From a virus (lineage: Duplodnaviria; Caudoviricetes): 50,819 bases of DNA. Shown here piece by piece: positions 17,939-24,959 of the stretch. Within the stretch, counting starts at the first letter, position 1. Each line of letters begins with the position of its first letter. The notes under the pieces were generated by a model, which was not told the origin of the DNA, did not search any database, and was given only the letters and a program-made list of their open reading frames with translations. A program made the translations under genes and the position numbers. The stretch spans positions 1 through 50,819 of IMG/VR virus record IMGVR_UViG_3300037478_000628, one strand, 5' to 3'.

Positions 17939-18126
17939 GCTGCCTTCCTTTCCGGGCAGCAGTCGGAGCCGCACGGCTCCGGCTTCCCGCTGCCGTCGGT
18001 GAGTGACTTGGAACGCTGGGCCTGGGTCAGGTCGCAGTAGGGGCACCAGCCGGGACCGGGTGCCCAGCAGAAGAGCTGTCCGCAGCGCGAGCAGGTCTGC
18101 ACCGAGCGGTGCTCGATGCCCCTCAT
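17935..18126 (-). CDS. Small zinc-ribbon protein
   Basis: CSRCG...CPYC; 4-bp overlaps. Confidence 0.5.
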   Translation of the reverse strand: MRGIEHRSVQTCSRCGQLFCWAPGPGWCPYCDLTQAQRSKSLTDGSGKPEPCGSDCCPERKAA

Positions 18127-18356
18127 CGCGCGCTCCCGGTTGGCTCCGCGGGGAGCAGGTCGGCCATCGGCACGCCGAGCGCCCGCGCGACCAGCTCAAG
18201 GTCATCGGCGCTGAACGGCGAGGGCGGGTCCGCGCGGAGGTGCCGGTGAACCCAGTTGTGCGAGACGCCAAGTTGGCGGGCGAACTCACGGTCCGACAGG
18301 CCATCGGTCGCGAGCCTGGCGACAACGGCCTGTCGAATGCTGACGTCTGCGGTCAT
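18123..18356 (-). CDS. Cro-like Xre HTH regulator
   Basis: LSDREFARQLGVSHNWVHRHL...DDLELVARALGV; divergent from the repressor. Confidence 0.85.
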   Translation of the reverse strand: MTADVSIRQAVVARLATDGLSDREFARQLGVSHNWVHRHLRADPPSPFSADDLELVARALGVPMADLLPAEPTGSAR

Positions 18357-18493
18357 GACGAGAAGCGTGTCACCGATTCGGTGACGCTGCAAGCTGTCAC
18401 GGCAGCAGAAGCGCAGATCCGTCCGTTCGGTTGACACGGACGTCATACCATCGGGTGTGGCCATCGGCACGGAAACCGTGCCACCATCACGTC
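18357..18493. promoter_or_regulatory. Lysis-lysogeny switch: divergent leaderless promoters, each with a 17-bp palindromic operator
   Basis: GTCACCGattCGGTGAC (18369-18385) and GGCACGGaaaCCGTGCC (18466-18482); TTGCAG-17-CACGCT-7-ATG leftward; TGGCCA-18-CACCAT-6-ATG rightward. Confidence 0.7.
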
Positions 18494-18871
18494 ATGTCCA
18501 CCGATGAGTCGCTAAGTGACTACGTCGCCGCGGAGATCCGGGCGATGATCGCCCGCAAGCGCACGAGTGGGCGCGGACTGGCGGAGCGTCTGGGTGTCTC
18601 CAGGTCGTGGGTGAGCTACCGGCTCACCGGCAACACGGAGATCACCCTCACCGACCTCGAACGCATCGCCGCCGCCCTGAACGTCCAGGTTGCGGAGCTT
18701 CTCCCACCGCGGGGAGACGTCATGATGGGGCGATCTTCCCCCGCCACCCGACCGGCCACCAGGGCGCTCCCCCATCCGGCCGACCCCAGAAGTGCACGCA
18801 CCCCATCCCGCCGCCGGGCCGAGCGCCATCCACCGCGGCCGGCATGGACCCACACCCCAGCGACAGCATGA
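18494..18871 (+). CDS. Immunity repressor (Xre HTH) with a low-complexity C-terminal tail
   Basis: VAAEIRA..AR...SGR.LAERLGVSRSWVS.RL.G......DLERIA.AL.V. Confidence 0.85.
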   Translation: MSTDESLSDYVAAEIRAMIARKRTSGRGLAERLGVSRSWVSYRLTGNTEITLTDLERIAAALNVQVAELLPPRGDVMMGRSSPATRPATRALPHPADPRSARTPSRRRAERHPPRPAWTHTPATA

Positions 18872-19872
18872 GCAGCACCGGTCACCCTGAGATGATGACC
18901 TTCCCGCCCACCCCGGTCGTGCTGCCCCGGTCGTTCAGCTCCAGCCCCAACGCCACCACCACCACGCTCGGCCGGCCCGTCACCCCGGTCCGGCCACGCT
19001 CGAAGGCGGCCACCACCTCACCCACCGGCTCGTCATCCTCGAAGAAGTCATCCACAACCGCCATGGTCGCAGATCCGGCCCCCGGCGACCTTCACCACCT
19101 CGGCGCCTGGCTGAGCCACCTGGAGCTCGCCGGCCACCCGGCCACCACCGTCGCCACCTACCGGTCGGTGCTGCGCAGCGCCGCCCGGGAGCTGCCGCAC
19201 GGGCTGTGCGCCGAACCCCAGGAGATCGTCGCCTGGCTGGCCACACACCGGGCGGCGAACACCAGAGCCGGCTACGCCACCGCACTGCGCGCCTTCTACC
19301 GCTGGTGCCTGGCCGATGGGCGGATCACGGTCGACCCGACCGCCGGGCTGCCGGCGCCCCGGCAGCGACGCGGCGTACCCCGGCCGGTGACCGATGCCGA
19401 GCTCGCCGCGCTGCTCGGGCGGGCGCGGCAGCCGGTGGCGACCTGGTGTACGTTGGCCGCGTATGCCGGGTTGCGCTGCGTTGAAGTGGCAAGACTCAGG
19501 CCTGAGGACATCACCCCGGAGGTGCTGTATGTGACCGGCAAGGGCGACAAGCCGAGGGCGGTACCCACTCATCCGCTGGTGTGGGCCGCCGCCGCTGGGC
19601 TACCGCCCGGGCCGGTGGCCGGTGGCCGCACCCCGGCAACCGTCTCCCACCGGGTCTCCGCCGAGGCGCGGCGGCTGGGCCTGCCCGGGGTGACCGCCCA
19701 CCGGCTCCGCCACTGGTGCCTCACCCAGGTTCAGCGCGGCGGGGACCTGAGGGTCACCCAGGAGATCGCCGGGCACTCCTCGCCGGCGACCACCGCGGTC
19801 TACACGCAGGTGTCGGACGCGGCGAAGCGGGCGGCGGTGCTCGGGTTACCCCAGCCGACGCTCAGCCGCTAG
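18868..19872 (+). CDS. int: Tyrosine recombinase/integrase lacking an arm-binding domain (start 18868 or 19063)
   Basis: Catalytic R (GLRCVE), K (GKGDK), HRLRH, GHSS, Y (AVYT); core-binding segment T..TY...L. Confidence 0.9.
   Translation: MSSTGHPEMMTFPPTPVVLPRSFSSSPNATTTTLGRPVTPVRPRSKAATTSPTGSSSSKKSSTTAMVADPAPGDLHHLGAWLSHLELAGHPATTVATYRSVLRSAARELPHGLCAEPQEIVAWLATHRAANTRAGYATALRAFYRWCLADGRITVDPTAGLPAPRQRRGVPRPVTDAELAALLGRARQPVATWCTLAAYAGLRCVEVARLRPEDITPEVLYVTGKGDKPRAVPTHPLVWAAAAGLPPGPVAGGRTPATVSHRVSAEARRLGLPGVTAHRLRHWCLTQVQRGGDLRVTQEIAGHSSPATTAVYTQVSDAAKRAAVLGLPQPTLSR
18882..19064 (-). CDS. Small acidic protein antisense to the integrase 5' region
   Basis: DDFFEDDEPVGEVVAAFERGRTGVT; the same motif recurs in the 2526-4418 protein. 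Confidence 0.5.
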   Translation of the reverse strand: MAVVDDFFEDDEPVGEVVAAFERGRTGVTGRPSVVVVALGLELNDRGSTTGVGGKVIISG

Positions 19873-19881
19873 TCTGCCGAC

Positions 19882-20034
19882 ATGGTTGACTGGCTGATCC
19901 ACTGGTCGGGCCGCGTCGCCTGCCGGCTGCTGCGACGCCACAACGTGAGTTGCCGTGGTCGAGCTGATCATGTGCGACCCGACGGGACCGTGATCGGGGC
20001 GGGCAGCCTACCGGTCACTCAGCCACGGCCTTGA
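19882..20034 (+). CDS. Small hypothetical protein (50 aa)
   Basis: MVDWLIHWSGRVACRLLRRHNVSCRG; follows int. Confidence 0.35.
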   Translation: MVDWLIHWSGRVACRLLRRHNVSCRGRADHVRPDGTVIGAGSLPVTQPRP

Positions 20035-20185
20035 GCCACCGGTTGGGCGCGAAGATCGCTACCACCTTCTGGGCCTCGTCGCGGACATACAGATGGGCCT
20101 CGACGACCTCAACCTTGATGCCCGACTCGAAGTGGTCCTGACCTCGGTCGTGCCAGACGTAGACGCCCTTCACCTCATCAGCCAT
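20015..20185 (-). CDS. Small beta-rich hypothetical protein (56 aa), leaderless
   Basis: HLYV.D....VAIFAP..W; TACGCT 7 nt upstream of the ATG. Confidence 0.65.
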   Translation of the reverse strand: MADEVKGVYVWHDRGQDHFESGIKVEVVEAHLYVRDEAQKVVAIFAPNRWLKAVAE

Positions 20186-20231
20186 GGCGCCTAGCGTAGA
20201 CCTGGCCCCTGCCCACTCGGGTTGCTCCAAC

Positions 20232-20501
20232 TCACCGGCGCCAGCGTGGCCGGGAAGGTTCCGCCGGCAGCTCATCAGCCACCACCAACCGCGGCAGCCG
20301 ATCCGGCGGCAGATGCCCCCGGGTCGCCACCACCCCCAGCTCCCGCTGACCGGACGCGCACAGCGCCACCAACTCCGACCAGGACGAGGTGTAGGACAGC
20401 GGCCGCCAGCCGCAGCTGAGCGTCCAGTCCGTGAGCTGGCCGAGCCAGCGGAGCATCTCGGCACCGTGAGGGATGTACAGCACAGCACGTAGGGATGGCA
20501 T
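20232..20501 (-). CDS. Hypothetical protein resembling a degenerate resolvase N-terminal fold
   Basis: RAVLY...GW...W..LV.....G...GVVA...HLPPDR.PR; AGGAG RBS. Confidence 0.55.
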   Translation of the reverse strand: MPSLRAVLYIPHGAEMLRWLGQLTDWTLSCGWRPLSYTSSWSELVALCASGQRELGVVATRGHLPPDRLPRLVVADELPAEPSRPRWRR

Positions 20502-20687
20502 TCGGGGCGGGTCTCCTCACTCCCGCCAAGGACGAGGGGTTGCCCGCTCAACGATCCGAGAGCGGCTCGGGTTGCTGTGAGCCGGCTCACGACGGCGAGC
20601 CGCCATCACGGTGACGGGATGATGCCGCCTATCACTCACCCGGCTGGGGTCGCCTGTCCGGCCGGTGGTGGCGGGCCGGCGCCGGGG

Positions 20688-20921
20688 TTACGGTCGCGCC
20701 GGGGGTGTGGGGTCGGGCGCCGGTCCCCCGCGGGCCGGCGCCTCCCGGTCATACAGCTCCAGGATCACAATGCCGTCGTCACCGGCGCCCTCCGTCCCGC
20801 CGGCGACCCCACTCTTGACGAAGGCCCGGACGTGGACCAGCCACGGGTAGTCCGACGGGACGAAGGTATGGACGCCTGGCGGGTAGGTGATGATCTCGCG
20901 TGGGATGGGCTCGCCCGTCAC
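20688..20921 (-). CDS. Hypothetical protein
   Basis: GTGA overlap with the upstream gene. Confidence 0.45.
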   Translation of the reverse strand: MTGEPIPREIITYPPGVHTFVPSDYPWLVHVRAFVKSGVAGGTEGAGDDGIVILELYDREAPARGGPAPDPTPPARP

Positions 20922-21286
20922 GGCTTCCACTCCTCCCGGTAGTCCGGGTGGCCGGCGTAGGGCAGGGCGAGCAGGCGCAGGGTATGAGCGTGGAATGCCA
21001 TCTGACCGCGCCGCCAGCCATCGTCAAACGTGCCGTGGGCCTTCGGCGGCGCGTACTCCAGGATGAGCCGCTTGGCCGCCACCTCGGCCAGCACCCGCGC
21101 CGGGTCATGCCGGGCGACGTGGTCCAGATCCCGCAGCCATCCGACCGCGACGCTGACTCCGGTCGGTGCACTGAACACCAGAGTTTCGCGCGGTTCGCCT
21201 TGCAGCTCCCACGGCCCGGGCACCGCCCGCTGTGCCGCTGCCTCGTCCTCGGCCAGCCTGGCGAGCAAAAACTCCACCAGCGTCAC
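20918..21286 (-). CDS. DUF6221-like protein
   Basis: LVEFL.ARL.EDE..A...HVARHDPARVLAEV.AKR.I...LRLLALPYA.HPDY.EEW.P. Confidence 0.85.
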   Translation of the reverse strand: MTLVEFLLARLAEDEAAAQRAVPGPWELQGEPRETLVFSAPTGVSVAVGWLRDLDHVARHDPARVLAEVAAKRLILEYAPPKAHGTFDDGWRRGQMAFHAHTLRLLALPYAGHPDYREEWKP

Positions 21287-21516
21287 CGCCCGGCCTCCTT
21301 CCCCCAGTTGGCGCCCTCGTCCTGGCACACCCCCGGCTCCGGATGAGCATCGTCGTAAAGGAACGCGACGCTGAGCCCCATCACGAACACGGCGAAGACC
21401 AACACGATCCCGCACACGAACTGATAGGCCCGCCAAAAACCGGTCTGGCCGGCGCCCAGCCGGGAGCCAAGCCCCAGACCCGTGAGCAGCAGCAGAGCGA
21501 TGATCAGCCAGTCCAT
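21283..21516 (-). CDS. Two-TM membrane protein
   Basis: Two hydrophobic segments; GGAGG RBS. Confidence 0.65.
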   Translation of the reverse strand: MDWLIIALLLLTGLGLGSRLGAGQTGFWRAYQFVCGIVLVFAVFVMGLSVAFLYDDAHPEPGVCQDEGANWGKEAGR

Positions 21517-21750
21517 CAGCTACCCGCCTCCCCAGAACGCCAAAACCGCTACGACGATCAGCGTGTTGCCGACCACGACGATCAGGGCACTACCGGGTTG
21601 CATCGGCTCCCGCGGCTTGCCAACGCTGAGGACGGCCCCTGCCGCATTGACCGCCAGCAAGGCGACCAGTAGCCACTTCACGAGTTCAGCCATCGCTATC
21701 CCCCGTCGCCGACCGTCGTCGTCCGGCCTCCTTCCGCCAGTTGGCGCCCT
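21290..21750. repeat. 28-bp direct repeat pair (21290-21317 and 21723-21750)
   Basis: CCGGCCTCCTTCC(C/G)CCAGTTGGCGCCCT, 27/28 identical. Confidence 0.85.
21520..21693 (-). CDS. Two-TM membrane protein
   Basis: WLLVALLAVNAAGAVLSVGKPREP...ALIVVVGNTLIVVAVLAFW. Confidence 0.65.
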   Translation of the reverse strand: MAELVKWLLVALLAVNAAGAVLSVGKPREPMQPGSALIVVVGNTLIVVAVLAFWGGG

Positions 21751-21946
21751 TCCCCGGCCGCGACCGGAGCGCCTCATCCAGCCGCGCCTGAAGGTACAGC
21801 TTCTTCCGCCCGTCCAACCACGCGTCCGGCGCCAGCTTGAGCCGGGAGATCGCCGAGGTGATGGTGTGCGGGGCGAGGCCGTAGCGGGCGGCGGCCTGCT
21901 CCACGGTGAGCGCCAGCCGCCCGTCGAGCGTGATCCGGATCTTCAC
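21686..21946 (-). CDS. Excisionase/MerR-like HTH DNA-binding protein
   Basis: LTVEQAAARYGLAPHTITSAISR...LY....LD.....RPGKG. Confidence 0.65.
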   Translation of the reverse strand: MKIRITLDGRLALTVEQAAARYGLAPHTITSAISRLKLAPDAWLDGRKKLYLQARLDEALRSRPGKGANWRKEAGRRRSATGDSDG

Positions 21947-22182
21947 AGGACCACCCACCAGACGAGCAACGGCGCTACCGGTATCCCGATGATGCCCAGC
22001 AGCATTCCGAGCATCGCGACCACCGCCCGGTTGTCATACCGGTTCTGGGCCTTCTGGTCGCCAACCCTCTTTGCCTCCACGGCACTGATCCGGGCGGCCA
22101 CGGCCCAGCCGAAGCAGGCGACGGCTAGTAGTGCTGCTGCCATGGCCGACTGGGTAAGCAGCGCCCATTGCTGTCCGGTCAC
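21943..22182 (-). CDS. Two-TM membrane protein
   Basis: Two hydrophobic segments; AGGAGG RBS. Confidence 0.6.
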   Translation of the reverse strand: MTGQQWALLTQSAMAAALLAVACFGWAVAARISAVEAKRVGDQKAQNRYDNRAVVAMLGMLLGIIGIPVAPLLVWWVVL

Positions 22183-22382
22183 GTCCCCTCCTGTCCGGTG
22201 CCGACCCGCAGCACCCCAGCACCAGCGGCTAGACGCTGGTCGATTTCCTCATTGAGGTACGGGTGCTCGCGGTGGATGCCGGTCGCGTACCACCAATCCT
22301 GGCTTCCCTTGATCCATGCGAGCCCGATCTCGGCCACCACGCTGCCCTCGGGCAGCTCGGCGGCGGTTGCTGTGTCGCTCAT
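22179..22382 (-). CDS. Hypothetical protein, leaderless
   Basis: LPEGSVV...AWIK....W..TG; TATGGT 6 nt upstream of the ATG. Confidence 0.6.
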   Translation of the reverse strand: MSDTATAAELPEGSVVAEIGLAWIKGSQDWWYATGIHREHPYLNEEIDQRLAAGAGVLRVGTGQEGT

Positions 22383-22468
22383 GTTCCCACCATACACCCG
22401 GTGGCAGTCTCAACGTCGTACTCGCAGCCATAGCACGTCATCCGTTCGGGTGAACTTCCCCCAGGGAC

Positions 22469-22497
22469 TTGTGTTTGGGACCGTAGCGCTGCATACT
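22469..22497 (+). promoter_or_regulatory. SigA-type promoter for the plus-strand operon
   Basis: TTGTGT-17 nt-CATACT followed by an A-rich initiation region. Confidence 0.65.
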
Positions 22498-22528
22498 AGA
22501 GATACAAAGACATAGAGGTTCCAGGCCA

Positions 22529-22772
22529 TGCTCGGGCTGGCTGCGGGAGGCAAATCCGACGGCTCCCCCCGAAGCACCAGGACCCACCACCTGCGGTTAC
22601 GCGGCCGGCCGGGAGGCCAGGCTACGAGAGAGGCACCCGGGAGGGTGCCGAGCACACCGGATCACCGGTCACCCGCTGACGGGCGGGGCGCGCCGAGTCC
22701 CCCAAGGTCTGACGGGGCCACCGGGGGGCGGGAGCCGACACCGGCCGGCCACGTAACCGCAGGACCCACCAC
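22529..22772 (+). ncRNA. Candidate structured RNA / long 5' leader
   Basis: 23-bp closing stem (22590-22612 with 22741-22763, one mismatch) enclosing four hairpins; flanking 13-bp direct repeat; upstream stem 22529-22576. Confidence 0.55.
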
Positions 22773-22803
22773 ACTGACAGACCTACCACCGAAGGAGCCC
22801 ACC

Positions 22804-23505
22804 ATGAGCACCACACGGCATTTCCGCTACGCGCAGCAGGCCGACGGCACGATCATCATGCACACCCGCGACCACAACGACCACTGGCAGGTCTGCTGCA
22901 AGTTCGTTGAGACCGGCGAGGATGGTGGGCGGACCGCATTCCCCGGCCCGTCGCTGCGGGAGCTGACCACCGGCGCCGACGCGGTCGGGGACGCAGACGC
23001 GGACCTTGTCGCCTACCGACACATGGTCGCCTGGCAGGATGCGTGCGCCCAGTGGGGCCGGGAGCACCTGGGCGAGCGGCTGCCGCTACACCTGCTTGAG
23101 GAGTCCACCATCCCCACCGACACGAAGGAGCACACCATGAGCACCACCACCGACACCACCACCGCGCTGGCCCTGGCCGACGCGTACGACCGGCACGCAG
23201 AGGCCGGCACCCACCCCGCCCTGCCGGCCGCCATGGCCGAGCTGGGGCTGACCGACGCCACCGCAGCGACCAAGCTGCTGACCCGCGGCGCCGCGTTGCA
23301 GTGGGCTCGCGATTGGGGCCTGGACATGCTGGCGCAGCTGGCGCTGGTGCTCCCCCTGGACGCGGTTCGGGCCAACCGGCCGGCCGCCTACAGCCGGATC
23401 ACGCAGGCGCATGTGGACGAGTGGGCGCCGGAGGTGGCCGCCGCCAGCGAGACGACGGTGGCCGCGTTGCAGGAGATGCTCGCCTACGTCACCCGCACCG
23501 CTTGA
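22804..23505 (+). CDS. Hypothetical protein with an in-frame second start at 23137
   Basis: GAAGGAGC(C/A)CACCATGAGCACCAC occurs at both starts (22804 and 23137). Confidence 0.7.
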   Translation: MSTTRHFRYAQQADGTIIMHTRDHNDHWQVCCKFVETGEDGGRTAFPGPSLRELTTGADAVGDADADLVAYRHMVAWQDACAQWGREHLGERLPLHLLEESTIPTDTKEHTMSTTTDTTTALALADAYDRHAEAGTHPALPAAMAELGLTDATAATKLLTRGAALQWARDWGLDMLAQLALVLPLDAVRANRPAAYSRITQAHVDEWAPEVAAASETTVAALQEMLAYVTRTA

Positions 23506-23556
23506 CCCTGGACGCCACCGCCACCGTCGTCACCACTACCACCGAAGGGACCGATC

Positions 23557-23850
23557 GTGAAGACCTACCAGATCGACGCGAGCGGCAGTAGCCGCTTCAC
23601 CAAGATCGTCGGCGAGCTGAGGAAGCTGGCCGCCCGGCACGGCGACATCGCCACCTACGACCCCGACAACCGGCTGTGGACCGTCCGAGTGGACGACGGC
23701 GACTTCCAGGCATCCGGCGCCGTGGACTTCGCCCGGTCCGCCGGAGCGACGGTCACCGAGGCTGACACCCCGGACATGGACGGCCTGCGCGCTGAGCGGG
23801 CTCGGCTGGTCGCGCGACTCACCGAGATCGACCGCCTTCTCAGCGCCTGA
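23557..23850 (+). CDS. Hypothetical protein with a C-terminal coiled coil
   Basis: GAAGGGA RBS; YDP....W.V; LRAERARLVARLTEIDRLL. Confidence 0.75.
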   Translation: MKTYQIDASGSSRFTKIVGELRKLAARHGDIATYDPDNRLWTVRVDDGDFQASGAVDFARSAGATVTEADTPDMDGLRAERARLVARLTEIDRLLSA

Positions 23851-23934
23851 CGCTGCCCGGTCCTCACCCGCTCCGGCGGGCGGGGGCCGAGTGGCGGAAC
23901 AGACCCGCCACCCGACCAGAGAGCAGAGTAGATC

Positions 23935-24213
23935 ATGGCGACTCACATCGCGCTCGGGTTCGTCCGCGGCGCCAACAAGGTCTGGGTCCAGGTCGACTAT
24001 GACCCGGACTCGGAGTACCGGACCAGGTGGGCCTACTACACCGGCGGCACGATGGTGCGCGAGGAGTCCGGGGTCTACGGGGACCTGGACGCCATCAGCA
24101 AGCAGATGGTCGCGGCCGACTACCGGCCGGTGCCGGTGCCCTGGTACAGCGACCCGCCGCCGCCGGCCGAGCTGCTGGGCCAGCCGGTCGAGCTACGCGA
24201 GCGCGCTGCCTGA
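23935..24213 (+). CDS. Hypothetical protein
   Basis: 92-aa ORF with strong GC3 bias, followed by a terminator. Confidence 0.7.
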   Translation: MATHIALGFVRGANKVWVQVDYDPDSEYRTRWAYYTGGTMVREESGVYGDLDAISKQMVAADYRPVPVPWYSDPPPPAELLGQPVELRERAA

Positions 24214-24228
24214 CCCCGGGCACGACGA

Positions 24229-24264
24229 GGGAGCCCTCCCGGGCTGTCACCCGGGAGGGCTCCC
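24229..24264. terminator. Hairpin terminator between convergent operons
   Basis: GGGAGCCCTCCCGGG-ctgtca-CCCGGGAGGGCTCCC, perfect 15-bp stem. Confidence 0.8.
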
Positions 24265-24348
24265 ATTCACTTCGCCGCGCACCCTGCAGGGTGCAACGGA
24301 ACGGCCGTTGAGTTGTAGGTCAGGCCTGAACCGCCAACGAACGTTGCG

Positions 24349-24564
24349 TCAGGGCTGGAAGTCGCCCTTGTCGGCGTTCGGCGGCTTCGGGTCCTCGGAC
24401 TCGTTGCCGTGGCCAGCCTTGTTGACGCACACCCATCCGCCGTCGGACGGGTTGACCGCGGCCTCCTGGCCGGGTGGGCAGGTGATCGGGTCGGCCTGTG
24501 CCGGGCTTGCCGCGGCACCGACGCCGGCGGCGACCAGCGCCACGATGATGAGCAGCTTACGCAT
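24349..24564 (-). CDS. Small secreted protein (Sec signal peptide, two Cys)
   Basis: MRKLLIIVALVAAGVGAAASPAQA/DPITCPPG...WVC; GAGGAG RBS. Confidence 0.75.
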   Translation of the reverse strand: MRKLLIIVALVAAGVGAAASPAQADPITCPPGQEAAVNPSDGGWVCVNKAGHGNESEDPKPPNADKGDFQP

Positions 24565-24588
24565 GATGTCTCCTCTGTTCAGGTCCCA

Positions 24589-24822
24589 TTATCTCGCGGC
24601 CCGCCGACGCTTGCGCCGGTAGGCCAGCCAAAAGTGAATCGGAACCCACAGGACGAGCGCGCCGATCAGCGCGGCGGTCAGCTCACCGGGGACGTGCCGC
24701 ACGATCAGCGTGGTCCACGGCTCGGTGTCGGTGCTGCTGTCGCAGGCGGCTAGGACCTCCATGCCGATGACCAGCCCGGTGAGGCCTAGGAACGCGATCC
24801 GCCAGCGGGTGGCCGGGCTCAT
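24589..24822 (-). CDS. Two-TM membrane protein (lysis region)
   Basis: Two hydrophobic helices, basic C-terminus. Confidence 0.65.
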   Translation of the reverse strand: MSPATRWRIAFLGLTGLVIGMEVLAACDSSTDTEPWTTLIVRHVPGELTAALIGALVLWVPIHFWLAYRRKRRRAAR

Positions 24823-24959
24823 AACAGCGCCACCAGGAGCAGGATGCACAGCGCCAGGCTGATCATCAGGATGCCGGGTCCGAAGTCAGGCCCCGGGTCA
24901 CGGATCGTCTCGGTCGTGATCCAGTCCTTGTCGCGTGGCGGCTCCTTCGGCACGCTCAC
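24819..24959 (-). CDS. Small C-terminally anchored membrane protein
   Basis: GGAGG RBS; ILMISLALCILLLVALL. Confidence 0.5.
   Translation of the reverse strand: MSVPKEPPRDKDWITTETIRDPGPDFGPGILMISLALCILLLVALL

Noticed and set aside
18431-18436. Perfect TTGACA as the repressor -35
   Set aside because: No -10 at 16-19 bp spacing; TACCAT is only 9 bp away
18750-18761. CCGGCCACCA as a tRNA 3' end / attP core
   Set aside because: No preceding T-arm (GTTCGA-like) sequence
22545-22570. GGCAAA suggesting a c-di-GMP-I riboswitch
   Set aside because: The second stem and the GNRA/receptor elements of that motif are missing
22578-22772. Retron msr-msd, hammerhead ribozyme or mini-CRISPR
   Set aside because: No reverse transcriptase in the genome; CTGACGG lacks the CUGANGA/GAAA core; only two 13-bp repeats with a 169-bp structured interval
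22528-22803. 92-codon N-terminal extension of the 22528..23505 ORF
   Set aside because: Low-complexity Pro/Gly/Arg translation of structured sequence; the strong RBS is at 22791-22797
23865-23911. Two intergenic hairpins as an intrinsic terminator
   Set aside because: No U-tract and the operon appears to continue; function unresolved
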